Source of the DNA: Vicugna vicugna
Taxonomy: Eukaryota
NCBI GenBank assembly: GCA_013265495.1
Contig: MU058879.1
Location: forward strand, 1,175,590 to 1,239,589
Direction: 5' to 3'
DNA length: 64,000 nucleotides
Notes under the pieces: model-generated
Told to the model about the DNA's origin: nothing
Database searches by the model: none
Seen by the model: the letters and a program-made list of their open reading frames with translations, nothing else
In this document: one piece after another, positions 48,476-61,344 of the stretch
Position numbering within the stretch: position 1 is the stretch's first letter
Layout: every line of letters begins with the position of its first letter
Translations under genes and position numbers: made by a program

Positions 48476-50599
48476 TATAAAGCATATCTTGTAAGTGCAT
48501 AGCACATTTTCACCTTGACTCTCATTATTGTTTCATCAAAGTTTATCTTGAGGCGTGGTGAGCCTTGGAAGTCAGTGACTCCTCTATCTTGCGAAAATTC
48601 TCTCCCCCGCCCTCGGCTCTCTCCACCTGCATTTCCGGCCTGCCTGTCAGATACTTAATGATCTGCACACAAACACTTACATGAACTACTGGAGCTCAGC
48701 CTTTAAAAGAATCCTAGGGGAATCCGTGAAAGACTCTTTCACAATATGAATAATCACCCCCTAATTTATTCATCTGTAACTTTTGGTTTTCATATAATAG
48801 ATTTTTCTTCAGGCAGGGCCAACTCGAATCATGTTTTTTTCAGCTCTTCTCAGATGCATCAGCTTTGCTTGGCCATTTTGTGATCCAAGAAACCAATTAT
48901 TTTAAGGTCCACAATAACCATTCTCTTTTAGAGTTTATAAAAGTGAAAGATGTGTAACACAAAAACTCTTCGTTAGGGAATATTTCTCGTGAAATGGAAA
49001 TTTTAGCCCCTCTTACTTACTTGGAATGCTTATTTGTTCAGACACGGGATGGTGAAAAGAAAATTTGTGTCCAGGATATTATTTCTATTCATTTTAATTT
49101 TGTCAGGCCCGACCCAATTTCCATAGCAGATAAAATTAAATTTTTGTATCAATTCACTTCTCACTTTGATGTCAAGAAATTTGCTGGACGATACACTTAG
49201 ACTTCCAAGTAAATATCAGCTGACCCTGACTAGTCTAATCACCTCTTTGACCAATTTACCAGCTCAGAGTGTCCCACTCTGCAAGATTAGTTTTCTTGAG
49301 ATCAGCAACAAACACTAAATTAAAGCATATCTTTAAAGTACTTTGAGTGAAAACGAAAGAGACCCAATAGTGGCAGACATTTCAAAGTTGCCACCAAGTC
49401 AACCAATGATCTGAAGGTACAACTTCATCCTGGAACCATATAATGGTCTTCATCTCAGTTGCCAAACCCCACAGTTGGATTTAGAGAACTCACTTCAAGA
49501 TCAAGGTTCAAACTGAGCTCTTCCAAAGTAATACACTAACTTTCCCAATTAACAACAAGCAGTGGAGACCCACCTACTTTTCCCTGAGGTCTCTGAAAAC
49601 CATTTTCTAAACTCTTCCATGTGATCCAGATCATGTTTGGGATTTGTTAACTTTGCAATACATTCGATTGAAACGTCATAATTCTTTCCATGACAACAGT
49701 GTCTGATGTTACAGAAGCCCAACCAGCAAGGTCAATAGTTGACAGATGGAAGTTGGAGTCATGCAATTACATTTTCCAAACCATGATAAAGAATGTAACT
49801 GCAAGAAAGGTGCAACCCATCTAAAACACACCAAGCAAGAAAAAGTACAAAAATAATCGCTTCAGATTTAATGACTCTTTCTTTGATATGACAACCCATC
49901 CAAGAATCTCTGAATTTCCTTTCTCTGCTAAAAGTCAAAACATTTTTGAGCTGGTGGCAGTTTATCTAAATTATTGTTTTTCTTCCATCAGTCTTTAGGC
50001 CTAATCTCATTTGCTTTTATGGATATGGCAACCCTTTTGAATAGCTTTTAACCTTTTAAAAGTCGCCTTGACCTGAAGAGCCTAAAAAAAAATTTAATAC
50101 AATATTGAATAATAAAAATTGAACTACTGAGTGCTTTTTTACCAGCAGTCTGCATGCAGTGCTCCCAGTCCTAGAGCAGAGTTTCTGTCTGAATAAAAAA
50201 AAAATTAAAATACCTGTGTATAGCTTGCTTCTAGCAGAATCCTTCAGCTCTGACCTCTGTTTCATTGGCTCCATTGTTCCTTCTGCCACCACTATCTCTG
50301 GGCTTTCTCTTTCCCAAAGAAAGAGTGTGCTTTATCCAGCAAACACATCAGCTTCAAAGGGCTTTTACTTCAAGTGTCCAGAGCATCATTATGGTAAATT
50401 TAAGAAATCCTCTGCTTAAAGGTTGTCTCTTTCAATCGCGTTATCATGTAGATAACTTCATGACTAAATGTGATAAACCAAGCCTTTTGTTTGCTTTGTT
50501 TTTTTCCTCACCATAGTCTTTGGGACATTTTCTATTTTGTGTTTAGTCAGATGCAGGACAAGAAGATGATCTACAAACACAAGTCACTTTAAAAAAAAA

Positions 50600-53500
50600 A
50601 TCTTTGTGATGTGGAATTTAAGGACCAAATTAAAAGGAGGAGAAAACCAAGATGGCGTCCCCGCCAGCTGGTGAGAAGGGGTAGGGACCCTCCGTGGACC
50701 CGCAGCCCTCCGCGGGCTCGTGGTGAGAGCCGGGAGAGGAGGGTCTTCCCAGGGAAGGGCCACCTCCAGCCCCGCTGGGATCCTCGCTCCCACATGCAGA
50801 GCCGAGGAATGCCTGCTGCTGGGAACGTCAGTCAGCTGACAGTCTGTCTCTGGCTCTCTCTATCTGAGAGGGGGATCTGCATTTTCCAAGCCAGTTGGCA
50901 GCGTGCACCCCAACAGCAACGCACCGCAGGCCCGCGGTCTAGACTGTCACCCTGTGATAAGTGTGCCAGCTCAGTGGTGCAGAGGTTTTCAGATGCCCTC
51001 CCTTGGGCTATCATTCTCCCCCTCCTCCATCCCCCCTCCTCCCTCACTCACACTGAGCACCAGGCTATCGAGCTCACTTCTCGACAGAGTTAAAATAACC
51101 CATCCCGGCCAGTGATGCTTAAAATTGAACCATGGTTCAGGGGAGCAGTAGGCTCTCCCTGCAAAGCACCCTAATGTGTTAAACAGCCATGCCAGGTAGC
51201 TCTCTCCCTCCTCAGAATCAACGACTTACGGAGACCATCTGTCAGCGGAAGTTCGTTTTTATGCGTCCTCTAACCTAGTATTTGAAGGCTAAACAAACTT
51301 GTACTTACATAGTTTCCTTTAACAGCAGTATCTCCCTAAATACTAGCTGCCTGCTTCGACCGTGGGCCTAGAAACGGGAACGGAATACAGGTTTCTGAGC
51401 CCCTCGGTGACGGAGCGTGTGCCTCCAACCCGACGGCGTTTGCACAGCTGAGGCTCCACGTGTAGGGCTCTTTAGACGGCTGGAATTATTTCATTTGGCA
51501 CCACGATTGCCTCAAATGATACATGTTTTCAGAGAGAGAAACATTGCAAAAGTAAACTCGAACCAATAGGGACATTTATTCTCCGGGTTTAAAATTAATT
51601 TCCTGTATTTCTCTGGCTTTAAAAAAAAATGCTATTGGAACAGCAACCTTATGAGAAGAAAAATCAGAAACGATTTCTTTTACACGGAGCCCAGTATCAG
51701 ATGAAATGGAAATGTAAGGATTTCCTTAGCCTTAACCCGCTGGAATTCTCCAGCTGAGAACTGAGGTCTGCAGGCTGTTTTAGGTTNNNNNNNNNNNNNN
51801 NNNNNNNNNNNNNNNNNNNNNNNNNNNNNNNNNNNNNNNNNNNNNNNNNNNNNNNNNNNNNNNNNNNNNNNNNNNNNNNNNNNNNNNNNNNNNNNNNNNN
51901 NNNNNNNNNNNNNNNNNNNNNNNNNNNNNNNNNNAGATGCTGAGCGAAGTCAGACAGGAGTGGCCGAGTAATGAAGATGGATGCGGCTTGTTATCAGCAG
52001 GCCGTTTACCAGGGCTTGACGTAACCTTAAACACTGCAGATAGCTCGATGGCACTTGCCACCAAAGCCCTAATTAATGAATAGCCGGCCCTAAATTAACA
52101 ACGTGCATTTACAGATGAATACCGGGCACTCATTAAATGATGCTCAAATACCAAGCAGCGACTGTTGGCTTATTCTTGCAGGACTCCCCCAGCCCTTGGG
52201 TGTTTGGGAGGAGTTTCCACCCAGGCTTTCCTGTCCCTGAGGCCTGGAGACCAGCTGTGTGTGAGCAGAAAGGGACACCATTCTCGGGAGGCGGAGGGCA
52301 AAGAGATGCTAGTTCAGCTTTGAGTGGTGACACCTGTGCAGCCATTTCTAAGGCCTCAGAAACAATCTCATATTTAGTTGGTGCTGCCAATAAAAGTAAA
52401 AAAAAGAAACAGAAAATGAAAAAAAAAAAAAGTTTGAATCGACCAACTCTGCCAAGGATGGAATGAGACTTTTCAGAGAGCGGCCCCACAGTGCACTTTC
52501 GTGGGCGGGCTGGAATGCACTCCGGGGGCGGAGGGTTTAGACAATGTGTAGATTTGTTGGGCGAAAGCTTCATTAATAAACAATTAAGGGCTTGTGGTGA
52601 GGGAGCCGGGGTCTGGCTGCAGCCGGCCGTGGTCCTCACTGCCCCCTTCCATTTCAGCGGAGGCCCAGCCTGAGAGCTGAGGCTCAGTGCCCAGAGCAGA
52701 CCAAAAATGCTTTCTGCAGCCAACAGTAGCCAAGCTAATTATCTCACGCGTTCTGTTGGGGGAGGGGGATCCTCTTGATTTCGAGGAATAAAACTGGGGC
52801 GCTGCGGGCTTGTAATGGAACAGGGATGTAGCCCCCGTGTGGGAAGGTGTATATATGACTATTAAATAATATTACCTTCAATTTGTGCAGAGGTGAAGAC
52901 GGAAGCCAAGTATGAGTAAGAAACTGGAAAGTAAATTAAGTGAAAAAGAACCATTTTTTAAACGCTTGTGGGAGGTGGCGGTAAAAGAGGTTCTTACAGA
53001 GCTATGGTGGGGAGTTGAATGGATTCAAGGGGAGAGAATTTCAGGAAACAGCTCCCTCTGAGATTGTTGCTCTGGCTGGAATCCTGGGGCAGGGCCCTTC
53101 TGCTGTGAGGGGAGAGCTTCTGAGGTTCAGGGGCGGTCACTCCCCAGAAGCATCCATCCTAAAGAAAGCGCAGCTGCCTGCCCGCCGAGGGCGCAGGGCA
53201 GAGGCTGGGCGAGAGCCCGGGCGGGCAAATTCGGTCAGCGCCAGTGCCAAGATCCATGTACGGTCAAAAGCAAAGCATTCTCCTGTTTCTATGCATCATT
53301 CCCACATCAGGCTTTTCAAACTGGGGTTTATGTGTGTTCAGGGACAGGGTATTCCTATGGCCCCATGGAAACAGTATTAAAGTGAACCAGTCTGCCAACG
53401 GAGGGAAAAAGAAAAACTCTTAATTTTAAAATGCCAAAGGGACTTGCGTTGGACGGGGAAGGGGGGAGGGGGCACTACCGATGCTGCGGAGGGCTTTACT

Positions 53501-53620
53501 CTGCACGCCTGCCAGCTAAAATATTCCTGAGTAATTAATGGGTAGGAATTGAACTGAGGGGGCGAGGGGAACAGGTGTTTCCCTTTTCCCAAGGGCATTT
53601 CTCATTTATTATATATCTCG
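50600..53620. promoter_or_regulatory. Repeat-free, GC/CpG-elevated candidate cis-regulatory cluster
   Basis: No recognisable repeat for about 3 kb; visibly more CpG than the flanks; YY1, GATA and homeobox/FOX/SOX motif matches; contains an N-run. Confidence 0.45.
51787..51934. other. N-run, 148 nt
   Basis: Directly visible. Confidence 0.99.
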
Positions 53621-54861
53621 TCAAAAGTTTCTTTTGCAGCAGACTTTGTCACATACAGCTAAACAGAGGCTGTGTGAAAAAAGCACCCCGAGCAATCGTT
53701 TTAAGAGCTGCCCTCATTCCACATTGTGCGACTGAATACAAATCCTTTATTCTTCCCGGTTTGATGATGGGATGGAGATTTAACCTCTGCTTGCTATCAT
53801 TATCAGTTCACTGAGTTTCTGAGTAGAAACCACAAAGCTCCTGAAGATGTAAGTTCCTGGATGTTTGCCCTTGCCCCATTCCCCCCACGCCCAAAGCAAA
53901 CCAAATACAGAGCTTACTGGGAGGGGAGAAGATCAGTAGGAAACAGTTTCTTATTACAGCATTCCACTGGATTTCTCAGAACTCCGTCCATGGGATCTCT
54001 AGTCCCAGTGGTCATACAATTAGGGGAAAGAAAAAAAAAAAAACAGAGCCTTCAGACAATAAAGGAGAATGAGCAGAGGACAGACACAAATCACAGCATC
54101 TTTTTCTGCCTCCGTTATCACCCGCAGAACCCAGCTCATCACAGCATATGTGAGTGTGCCGCGTTTTCTCGGGTTTCACAGGCCTGATGGTTCAATCAGA
54201 AAGGTATGTCACGATAAAGCCACAAAAGGACTGTCCTTTACATAGCCCTCACTGGCAAGGTCTCAAGATTCCCTAGCTCATTTTCTGATTCGGGGCTTCC
54301 CTGGGGAGTCTCATATGTGTCCCAAATCACTGCAGTGTCTTCCTCTTCCCTCTATGGCATTTTCTCAAATTTCTCTGCCATTCCTGACTCCCAGAATCAC
54401 TCTCCAGGTGTTAAAATTGACATCAATCTTCTAGCCAGGTACTTCCACCCTTGACATAATCTCTTTTAAGATTCTGACCTTGGCCTGGAGAAGCTTTCCT
54501 ACATAAAGGGAATCCATTCTTCCTTATCTAACATGTAATCTAGGAAGTCAAAGGCTAGCCGTTTGTTCTTGGGGGGGTCTTCTCCTTGGGGAAAAAGTCA
54601 TCAACCCCAACCTGACAGCTATTAACTCTCTCCTCTGTCCAGAGGGAGTTGCACCAGCTCATCACACCAGCCCAGAGAATGATGTCTAGGTATACCCACG
54701 CTGGCTGACCATACAGTGTAGACCCTTGCTCTGAGATTCTCAAATACACACGATTAGGTGAAATAATTTTACCAATAATGTTGCTACTACATAGAGGATA
54801 ATGTATTGATGTAGGTGTTAGTCTTATTTTGTAACACCAGTGCTTTCATAGGATTGCCTTT

Positions 54862-55305
54862 TATATTAAGGTAATTCTGTCTGCTTTAACAAAAGAACCC
54901 AAAAATACATTAATAGATCAAACACAACAGTTTATTTCTCACTCACAAAAAAAAGAAAAAAAAAACTAGCATGGGTACTTTTTCTAGTAATGATCCAGGG
55001 TCCCAGACTTACTCTGTCTTGTAGTTCCACCATCTTTAACATGTGACCCTCAAAATCACCGAGCTTTTTTGCATCAAGCTGAGAGAAGGGGAAAGACAGG
55101 CACACTGTTTCTTAATGCCCTTGACTTGGCATCAGCACATTGCATGCAATCCATTGGTAAAAAATCAACTGCATGCACTCTCTGAGATAGAAGGGATGGG
55201 AAACTGAAAATATAGTCTGTGGCTAGGAAATCTCTTCCAAGCAACAACTTTGCACCTTGGAAGAGGAAGCACAAATGTTGAGGAGAGTCAGGCATCTCTG
55301 CCAGA
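54862..55305 (-). mobile_element. MaLR solo LTR (MLT1J/K/L type)
   Basis: ctgctttaacaaaagaacccaaaaat...gtttatttctcactcaca...ccagggtcccagacttactctgtcttgtagttccaccatc. Confidence 0.7.
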
Positions 55306-55514
55306 GCCTTAGGCTGATATATGTCTTAACCAAAAAACTATAACACTATATAATCAATTTCAACTTGTCCTTATTTTGAACTCTTTGTGTTCCAGGTGTA
55401 TTATCCCATTTAGTTCTTACCATAAATCTAAACTAAGGCAGGCCAGGCATTATTAGTCCACTTTACAAAAAGAGAAAGTATGCAATCTTAAGAAATTTGT
55501 TGAAGGATAAACAC

Positions 55515-58337
55515 AGAGAGGATGACATCAGTGGGAATGGAAGAGTAAGGACCTCCAAAAGTCTGCCTCTTCAAAAAGCAGAAAGAACACTGGCAAACTA
55601 TCTAAATTGAATTTTTCAGAACTCTGGAAATTAACCAAAGGTTTGCAATGAAGAGTGTTTACTCGAGTAAAACAGCTGAATCTCCATAAGAAAATCAAGC
55701 TTTCTGTTGTTGTAACTTGCCCTATTCCCACCCCCCTCTTTTGTGACATAATCTTGAAAACCAACAACCCCACAATTAAAGTCAAACTCACTGGCCTGGC
55801 AGCTACAGGACAGTTCCCAGAGAACTGTCATTATTTGACCAGTCTGCCAGCTCCCTGGAAATCCCACTTGAAGGACTGTCTTTATTTGACCCGACTCAGA
55901 GTTCACTTAGCGTAGACAGTCTTTTCCCTGAAGGTGTATATCAAAAACAATGAGCAGCAACTGTATAACCGTGCAGTTGCCTGAGACAGTGATAACAGTT
56001 GGGGCAAACAAAAAGCTAACCAAAACACTTAAAAGAAAAATCCTGGGAATGAAATATTCTTTAGGGCTTTAAAAATATCTGACATATTCCTGGGAATCTA
56101 AAAATGCATGTGCATGTATAGGACTGCACACATGCCCAGGTAAGGCCTGAGAAGGCCCTAAACTCTCATTTCTGCCTAACCTTGAAGCTTTGTGGAAGTA
56201 AGAAGTGAAGACTTATGCAGAGTTGTAAACTACCAACCTGAGTGTTAAAGATGTAACCCAACATACATACTAAGTCGTCCAGCAAAGGAGAGACTTACTG
56301 ATTTCAGGCACCTAAGAAAGATCTCTTTCCAATTATCAGCTTACCACCTAGCTAACTGTGCAGAGACGTCAGTGGCTAAACATGACAATGAAGACAGATA
56401 TTATATAATTAGTTCAAGATGGTCCCTAAACAAACAAACAACAACAAATTCTATGTTTAATTTCTGGAGTTGCCATATTGTATTATATAAAATGTCTATT
56501 TTTCAACAAAAGCAACTGCAAAATATGCAGAGAAACAAGAAAATATGGTCCCTGCATAGGAAAAAAAAATTAATCAGAAGAAACTGTCCCTGAGGGAGTC
56601 TAGATGTTAGACTTACTAGCTAGAAACTTTAAGTGAGATATTTTAAATATATTAAAAAAAAAACCCTGAAGGGCACCACATCTAAAGAATTAAAGGAAAG
56701 TATGAGAACAATGTCTCAACAAACAGAAAATATCAATAAGGAGATAGACGTTTTTATTTTTAAAAATCACAAATGAAAATCCTGGAGTTAAAAAGTGCAA
56801 TAATGGAAATAAAAAAATTCATTGGAGGGGCTTAATATCAGATTTGAGATGGTAGAAGAAAGAATTAGGTAACTTGGCAACAGGACAATCAAGATTATCC
56901 AGGCTAAAGATGAGAAAGGAAAAAGAATAAAGGAAAATGAACAGTCTCAGATACTTACCACACACCTGAACGGTACCAACATATCCATAATGGGAGTCCC
57001 AATAGGAGAAGAGACAAAATAGCAGAAAGAATATTTGAAGAAATGATGACCAGAAATTCCCCAAATATGATTTTAAAAAAAACATTAATCCACACATCCA
57101 GGAAGCTCAATGAACTATAAACAGGATAAATTCAAACAGACAGATGGCTAGACACATTATAATCAAATTATTGAAAGGCAAGAGAAGATCTTGAAACAAG
57201 CAAAAGAGGAGTGACTCATGTACAAGGAATCATCAAGATTAATATACAATTTTTATCAGAAAACTTGGGAGGCCAGAAGTCAGTGGAATAACACATTCAA
57301 AGTGCTGAAAGAAAAAAAGACTTATCAAGCAAAAATTCTATGTCCAGCAAAACTATCCTTCAGAAAATGAAGAAGAAACCAAAACATTGCTAGATGAACA
57401 AAAAATGAGAGAATGTGTCACTAGATGACTTGCTCTACAAGAGGTACTGAAGGAAATCCTTCATGATGAAGTGAAAGGGCACTGGACAATAAATCAAATT
57501 CACATGAAGAAATGGAAAACACTGGTAAAGATAGCTACATAAGTAAATTAAAAAAAAACAGTATAACTGTATTTTCTGTTTGTAATCCTCCTCTTCTCCT
57601 ATAAAAGACAACTGCATAAAGCAATAACTATAACTCTGAGATGAGCAGATAATGAATAAAAATGTCATTTGGGTAACAAAAATATGACAAAGGAGAGAGG
57701 AGGGAATGCACCTAGGAACAAAGTGTTTGCATAATATCTAAATTAAGTTTGTATTTATACAAACTAAAGCATGATAAATTGTAATGTTCATTGTAATCAC
57801 CATGGCAAACATTAAGGGAAAACTTTAAAAATATAATAAAAGAACCATATGGGGATTAAGATGCCATAGTAGAAAATATCTATGCAACATAGAAGTCATT
57901 AATAGAAAAAATAGGAACAAAAAAGACATAAGACACACAGAAAACAAATAGAAAAATACTAGACTTCAATCTTACCTTATCAGTAATTACATTAAATGTG
58001 AATGGATTAAACACCCAAATAAAACAACAAAGATTGGCAGAATGGATTTTCTAAAGCATGATTTAACTATATGGTGTCTACAAGTGACACACTTCAGAGC
58101 CAAAGGTAGAAATAGATTGGAAGTAAAAATATGGAAAAATATATACTATATACAATTAGTAACAAGGAGACAGCTTGGGTGGCAATGCTAATATTAGATA
58201 AAATAGACTTTAAAACGAAAGTTGTTACTACAGATAATGAAGAACATTTTAGAATGATAAAAGTGTCAATCCATCAAGATGACATAATTATAAATATATA
58301 TGTACCTAACAACAAAAGAATAAAATCCGTAAAGCAA
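55515..58337 (+). mobile_element. L1 (L1MB/L1MC/L1MD type): 5' UTR, degraded ORF1 and start of the ORF2 endonuclease
   Basis: ORF1-like remnants at about 56500-57500, then atcagtaattacattaaatgtgaatggattaaacaccc. ORF 58131 reads AWVAMLILDKIDFKTKVVTTDNEEHFRMIKVSIHQDDIIINIYVPNN, matching the L1 endonuclease motif AGVAILISDKIDFK...KEGHYIMIKGSI.QEDITI.NIYAPN. Confidence 0.9.
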
Positions 58338-58740
58338 GAATGTATTTTATTTCTTTCATGGCTTAATAATATCCATCATATAGTTATAATGCATTTTGTT
58401 TATTATGTAGCAGATGAGTCTTGAAAACATTATGCTTGGTGAAAGAAGCCAGACACAAAAGGCCGCATATGTATGATTCCATGTATATGACATACCTAGA
58501 ATAGGCAATTCCAGAGAGACAGGAAATAGATTTGTGATTGCAGGACTTATAGGAAGGGAGAAATGGGTAGTGATTGCTAAAGGGTACAGGGGTTTTTTGG
58601 GGGGGGATGGTAGTAATAATAATATGCTGGAATTAGATAGTGATGTTAGGTGCACAGCTTTGTGAATACAATAAAAATCACTGGATTGTATAATTTAAAA
58701 GACTGAATTTTGTGGTATGTGAATTATATCTCAGTTTTAA
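58338..58740 (+). mobile_element. L1MB-type 3' end preceded by a short inverted segment
   Basis: cttgaaaacattatgcttggtgaaagaagccagacacaaaaggcc...tgtgaattatatctca; about 58343-58405 is antisense L1 3' sequence. Confidence 0.8.
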
Positions 58741-59009
58741 AGCTGTAATAAATTTCAACTTATCCATATTTTTTTTTCTCTCTCTCTGTCTCACACACAC
58801 CCTCCCCTTCAACGCATGCACACATAACGCAGTTTAGAGGTGAATGAAGATTTGATTGCAAGTATGTCTGACACTGAAACTCTGCTTGTTTTGTCATTAT
58901 TTGATTCTCTTTTACCTATAATAAATAAAAAGAAAAGTACTAAAATAGTTGAAGATCTTTGCAAAGCTTTCTAGACATTGTTCTAGAAAAATCTTTATTT
59001 TGACTTTAA

Positions 59010-59629
59010 TATTTTTATCAACTTTTTGTTATTGTTGTATAATAAATTACCACAAACTGAGAGGCTTAAAACACCACAAATTTGTTATTCCACAGTTCCC
59101 ATGGGTCAGGCATCTAGGCACAGGTGAGTTTGGTCCTCTGCTCAGTGTGTCACCAGGCTAAAATCAAGATGTCAGCCAGATCCTGCACATCTCTTCTGGG
59201 CCTCAGTGTCCTCTTCTAAGTTAACTGGTTGTTGTAAAAATTCAATACCTTGAGGTTGTAGGACTGAGGCCCTCAATCAGTAGAGGCCACTCACCCTTCC
59301 CTACAAAATGGCCCTCTCCACAACTGGACGTTTGCTTCTTCACAGCTAATAGGAACACCTCTGCTGCTTTTTCTGATCCTAGACTTTCTCTTAAATAGCT
59401 TATTGAATTAGGTCAAGCACACCCAAGATAATCCTCCTTTTGTTAACTTCAAGTCAACTAATTGGGAACCTTAATCACATCTGTAAAATCCACTCACCTT
59501 TATAGTATCATGTAATCTAGTCAAGGGAGTGACTGTCTCATCCTTTTGACAGGTCTAGCCCACACTCCAGGGGAGACGAATATATAGAACATGGGCCATT
59601 GGGGTTATCTCAGAATTCCCCCTACCACA
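59010..59629 (-). mobile_element. MaLR solo LTR (MLT1E type)
   Basis: ataaattaccacaaactgagaggcttaaaacaccacaaatttgtt...gttgtaggactgaggccc...ccttaatcacatctgtaaaatcc...cagaattccccctaccaca. Confidence 0.85.
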
Positions 59630-59883
59630 GGAGGATTGTTCCATGTATACCCACCAAGAATGGGCCTTGCTAAGTTATGGATATATATATAAGCATGGTC
59701 ACCACTTGGATACCATTTGGGGAGACTTGGTCAAGACACACTCCATTAAAGCCAGACTCTGCTTAAGCATGAGACCTAACAGTAGCTTCCAAGTCTGGCT
59801 ACCCATAAGAATAACCTGAGAAACTCTGCATTACATTTTACTTGTTATAAAAGTTATATCTAACCCTCTCCATGCCATCCCCT

Positions 59884-59906
59884 ACACACACACACACACA
59901 CACACA
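59884..59906. repeat. (AC)n microsatellite, about 11 units
   Basis: Directly visible. Confidence 0.95.
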
Positions 59907-60149
59907 TCCTATGTGTATGAGAACTCCAGATGAGCAACAAGGTTGAGAACTATTACCTTTAGACTCTGCAAACCACAGGTAATTGAGAAGAATAAAAACA
60001 CTACTAGGAGCAAACTCTATGCTGGCTTGGAAAACAATTAAATTTAGATTTTATATATATATATATAACTACTTACAATATTTAATTTAATCACTGATTC
60101 CTCTTCACTTTTTATTCATAGGAGGAAAAACTATAGCATAGGAAAGGAA

Positions 60150-60320
60150 ACGTATGGTTTAAACATCAGATATACTTGAATTCAAATCTCCACTCCACTT
60201 ATAACTCATTTATAATCTCTATAAATTACTTAAGCTCTCAGTCTCGGGTTCCTCATCCATAAAGTGAGACCATCAGTACCTGTTCGCCTGTCTCTCAGTA
60301 CGATGGTGAGGATGGAAGGG
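60150..60320 (+). mobile_element. MIR SINE
   Basis: cttgaattcaaatctccactccactta...ttacttaagctctcagtctcgggttcctcatccataaagtgag. Confidence 0.65.
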
Positions 60321-61344
60321 ATTGCTAAACTCTTCTGAACACGTGTTAGAGAAAATCTGAGTCTTTGTTCTGCAGTCTCCTTGACTTTTGAACTGAAGCA
60401 ATTCCCTGAGTCTGCCCTATAAGCACCCTGGGAGAACTGGTCCTCTTTCTCCTTTTGGGAAAGAGGAAGAAGATTTTTCCAAGAGTCCTGCTAGGAAGCC
60501 TGCCCCCTTTCTCTCAGGCTGCCTTACATTCCTACTATTGAGCCTCCTCTTTTTGGAATCTGTTTGACAGGGAAAGAGCTATGCATCTGTGCACATTAAA
60601 GGTTGTCTGTAGGTGGAGAGGGAATGTTCCCTAGAAAATGCTAATATCATATAACACTCCTCCCTCACATTGATTACACATCAATTGGGCGTGCATGGCC
60701 AATTACAGGACAAACTGCTTCTCCCACACCCACCACATCATACTTCCTTCCCTTTGCACCCACCTGGTTAGCTGTCATTAGTAACCCCTTAGAACCAGCT
60801 CACTGCCACTGGCTTACCCAGCGCCTTGCACTCAATGCTTCTCTTCTCCTGCCATGGCAGAGGTTAAGAAAGGCAGGATATGTGATCTGACATGACATGG
60901 AAACATAAAATTCTGCATAAAAATAGGACCATTAACATTTGAGCATTTATCTTCTCAAATTTGCAAATAATCACACCTGTTTTATCTAACTTGAAGGATT
61001 ATTTAGCATATGAAGAGAGAGAATGGTTGTCAAATGTGGTTTGTAATCTATTAGACACTAAATAACCATATAGGTTAAGAGCAAGATCTCAAAGTGGGTC
61101 AAATAAAATTAGAAAGGAGTAATTCTCATTTTCTCAGATGGCTTCCATTGTTATTTTATGCTGTTATCATTGTTTGTGCATGTCTAAATCACACTATTGG
61201 ATGATAAGATCCTTCAGAGCAGAGATTGTCTTGTTTGTTCAGAATGTTGGCTTTTACTAGAATAGGAGCCGTGATGAGGTAGGTACAGGAGGGTAGATGC
61301 TTACTTGTCTGTGATGGGCAGCCCGGACCCACGACATATCATAT

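Noticed and set aside
48726-48742. 17-bp palindrome GTGAAAGA-C-TCTTTCAC
   Set aside because: 8-bp arms are expected about once per window by chance.
50651-50683. Mini-ORF MASPPAGEKG resembling the PRKAR1B N-terminus (MASPPA)
   Set aside because: Similarity ends after six residues, a stop follows, and no downstream exons are recognisable.
8322-51934. Idea that all N-runs are exactly masked exons of one minus-strand gene
   Set aside because: Some left edges would give good donors (gactc+ac at 17916 and 28788, gctt+ac at 8322). But most right edges lack acceptor tracts, and 4-nt and 28-nt islands cannot be introns.
8257-52064. ORFs that span N-runs (e.g. 8257, 17909, 28093, 31448, 32848, 40029, 51780)
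   Set aside because: Their length comes from X residues; these are artefacts.
52133-52723. 196-aa minus-strand ORF, the longest in the track
   Set aside because: No recognisable domain; it crosses a poly(A)/poly(T) run and motif-rich non-coding sequence. An ORF of this length is plausible by chance in GC-rich DNA.
50600-53620. Formal CpG island or gene promoter
   Set aside because: CpG is raised but by eye appears below the usual observed/expected threshold of 0.6, and no first exon can be established. Kept only as a candidate regulatory cluster.
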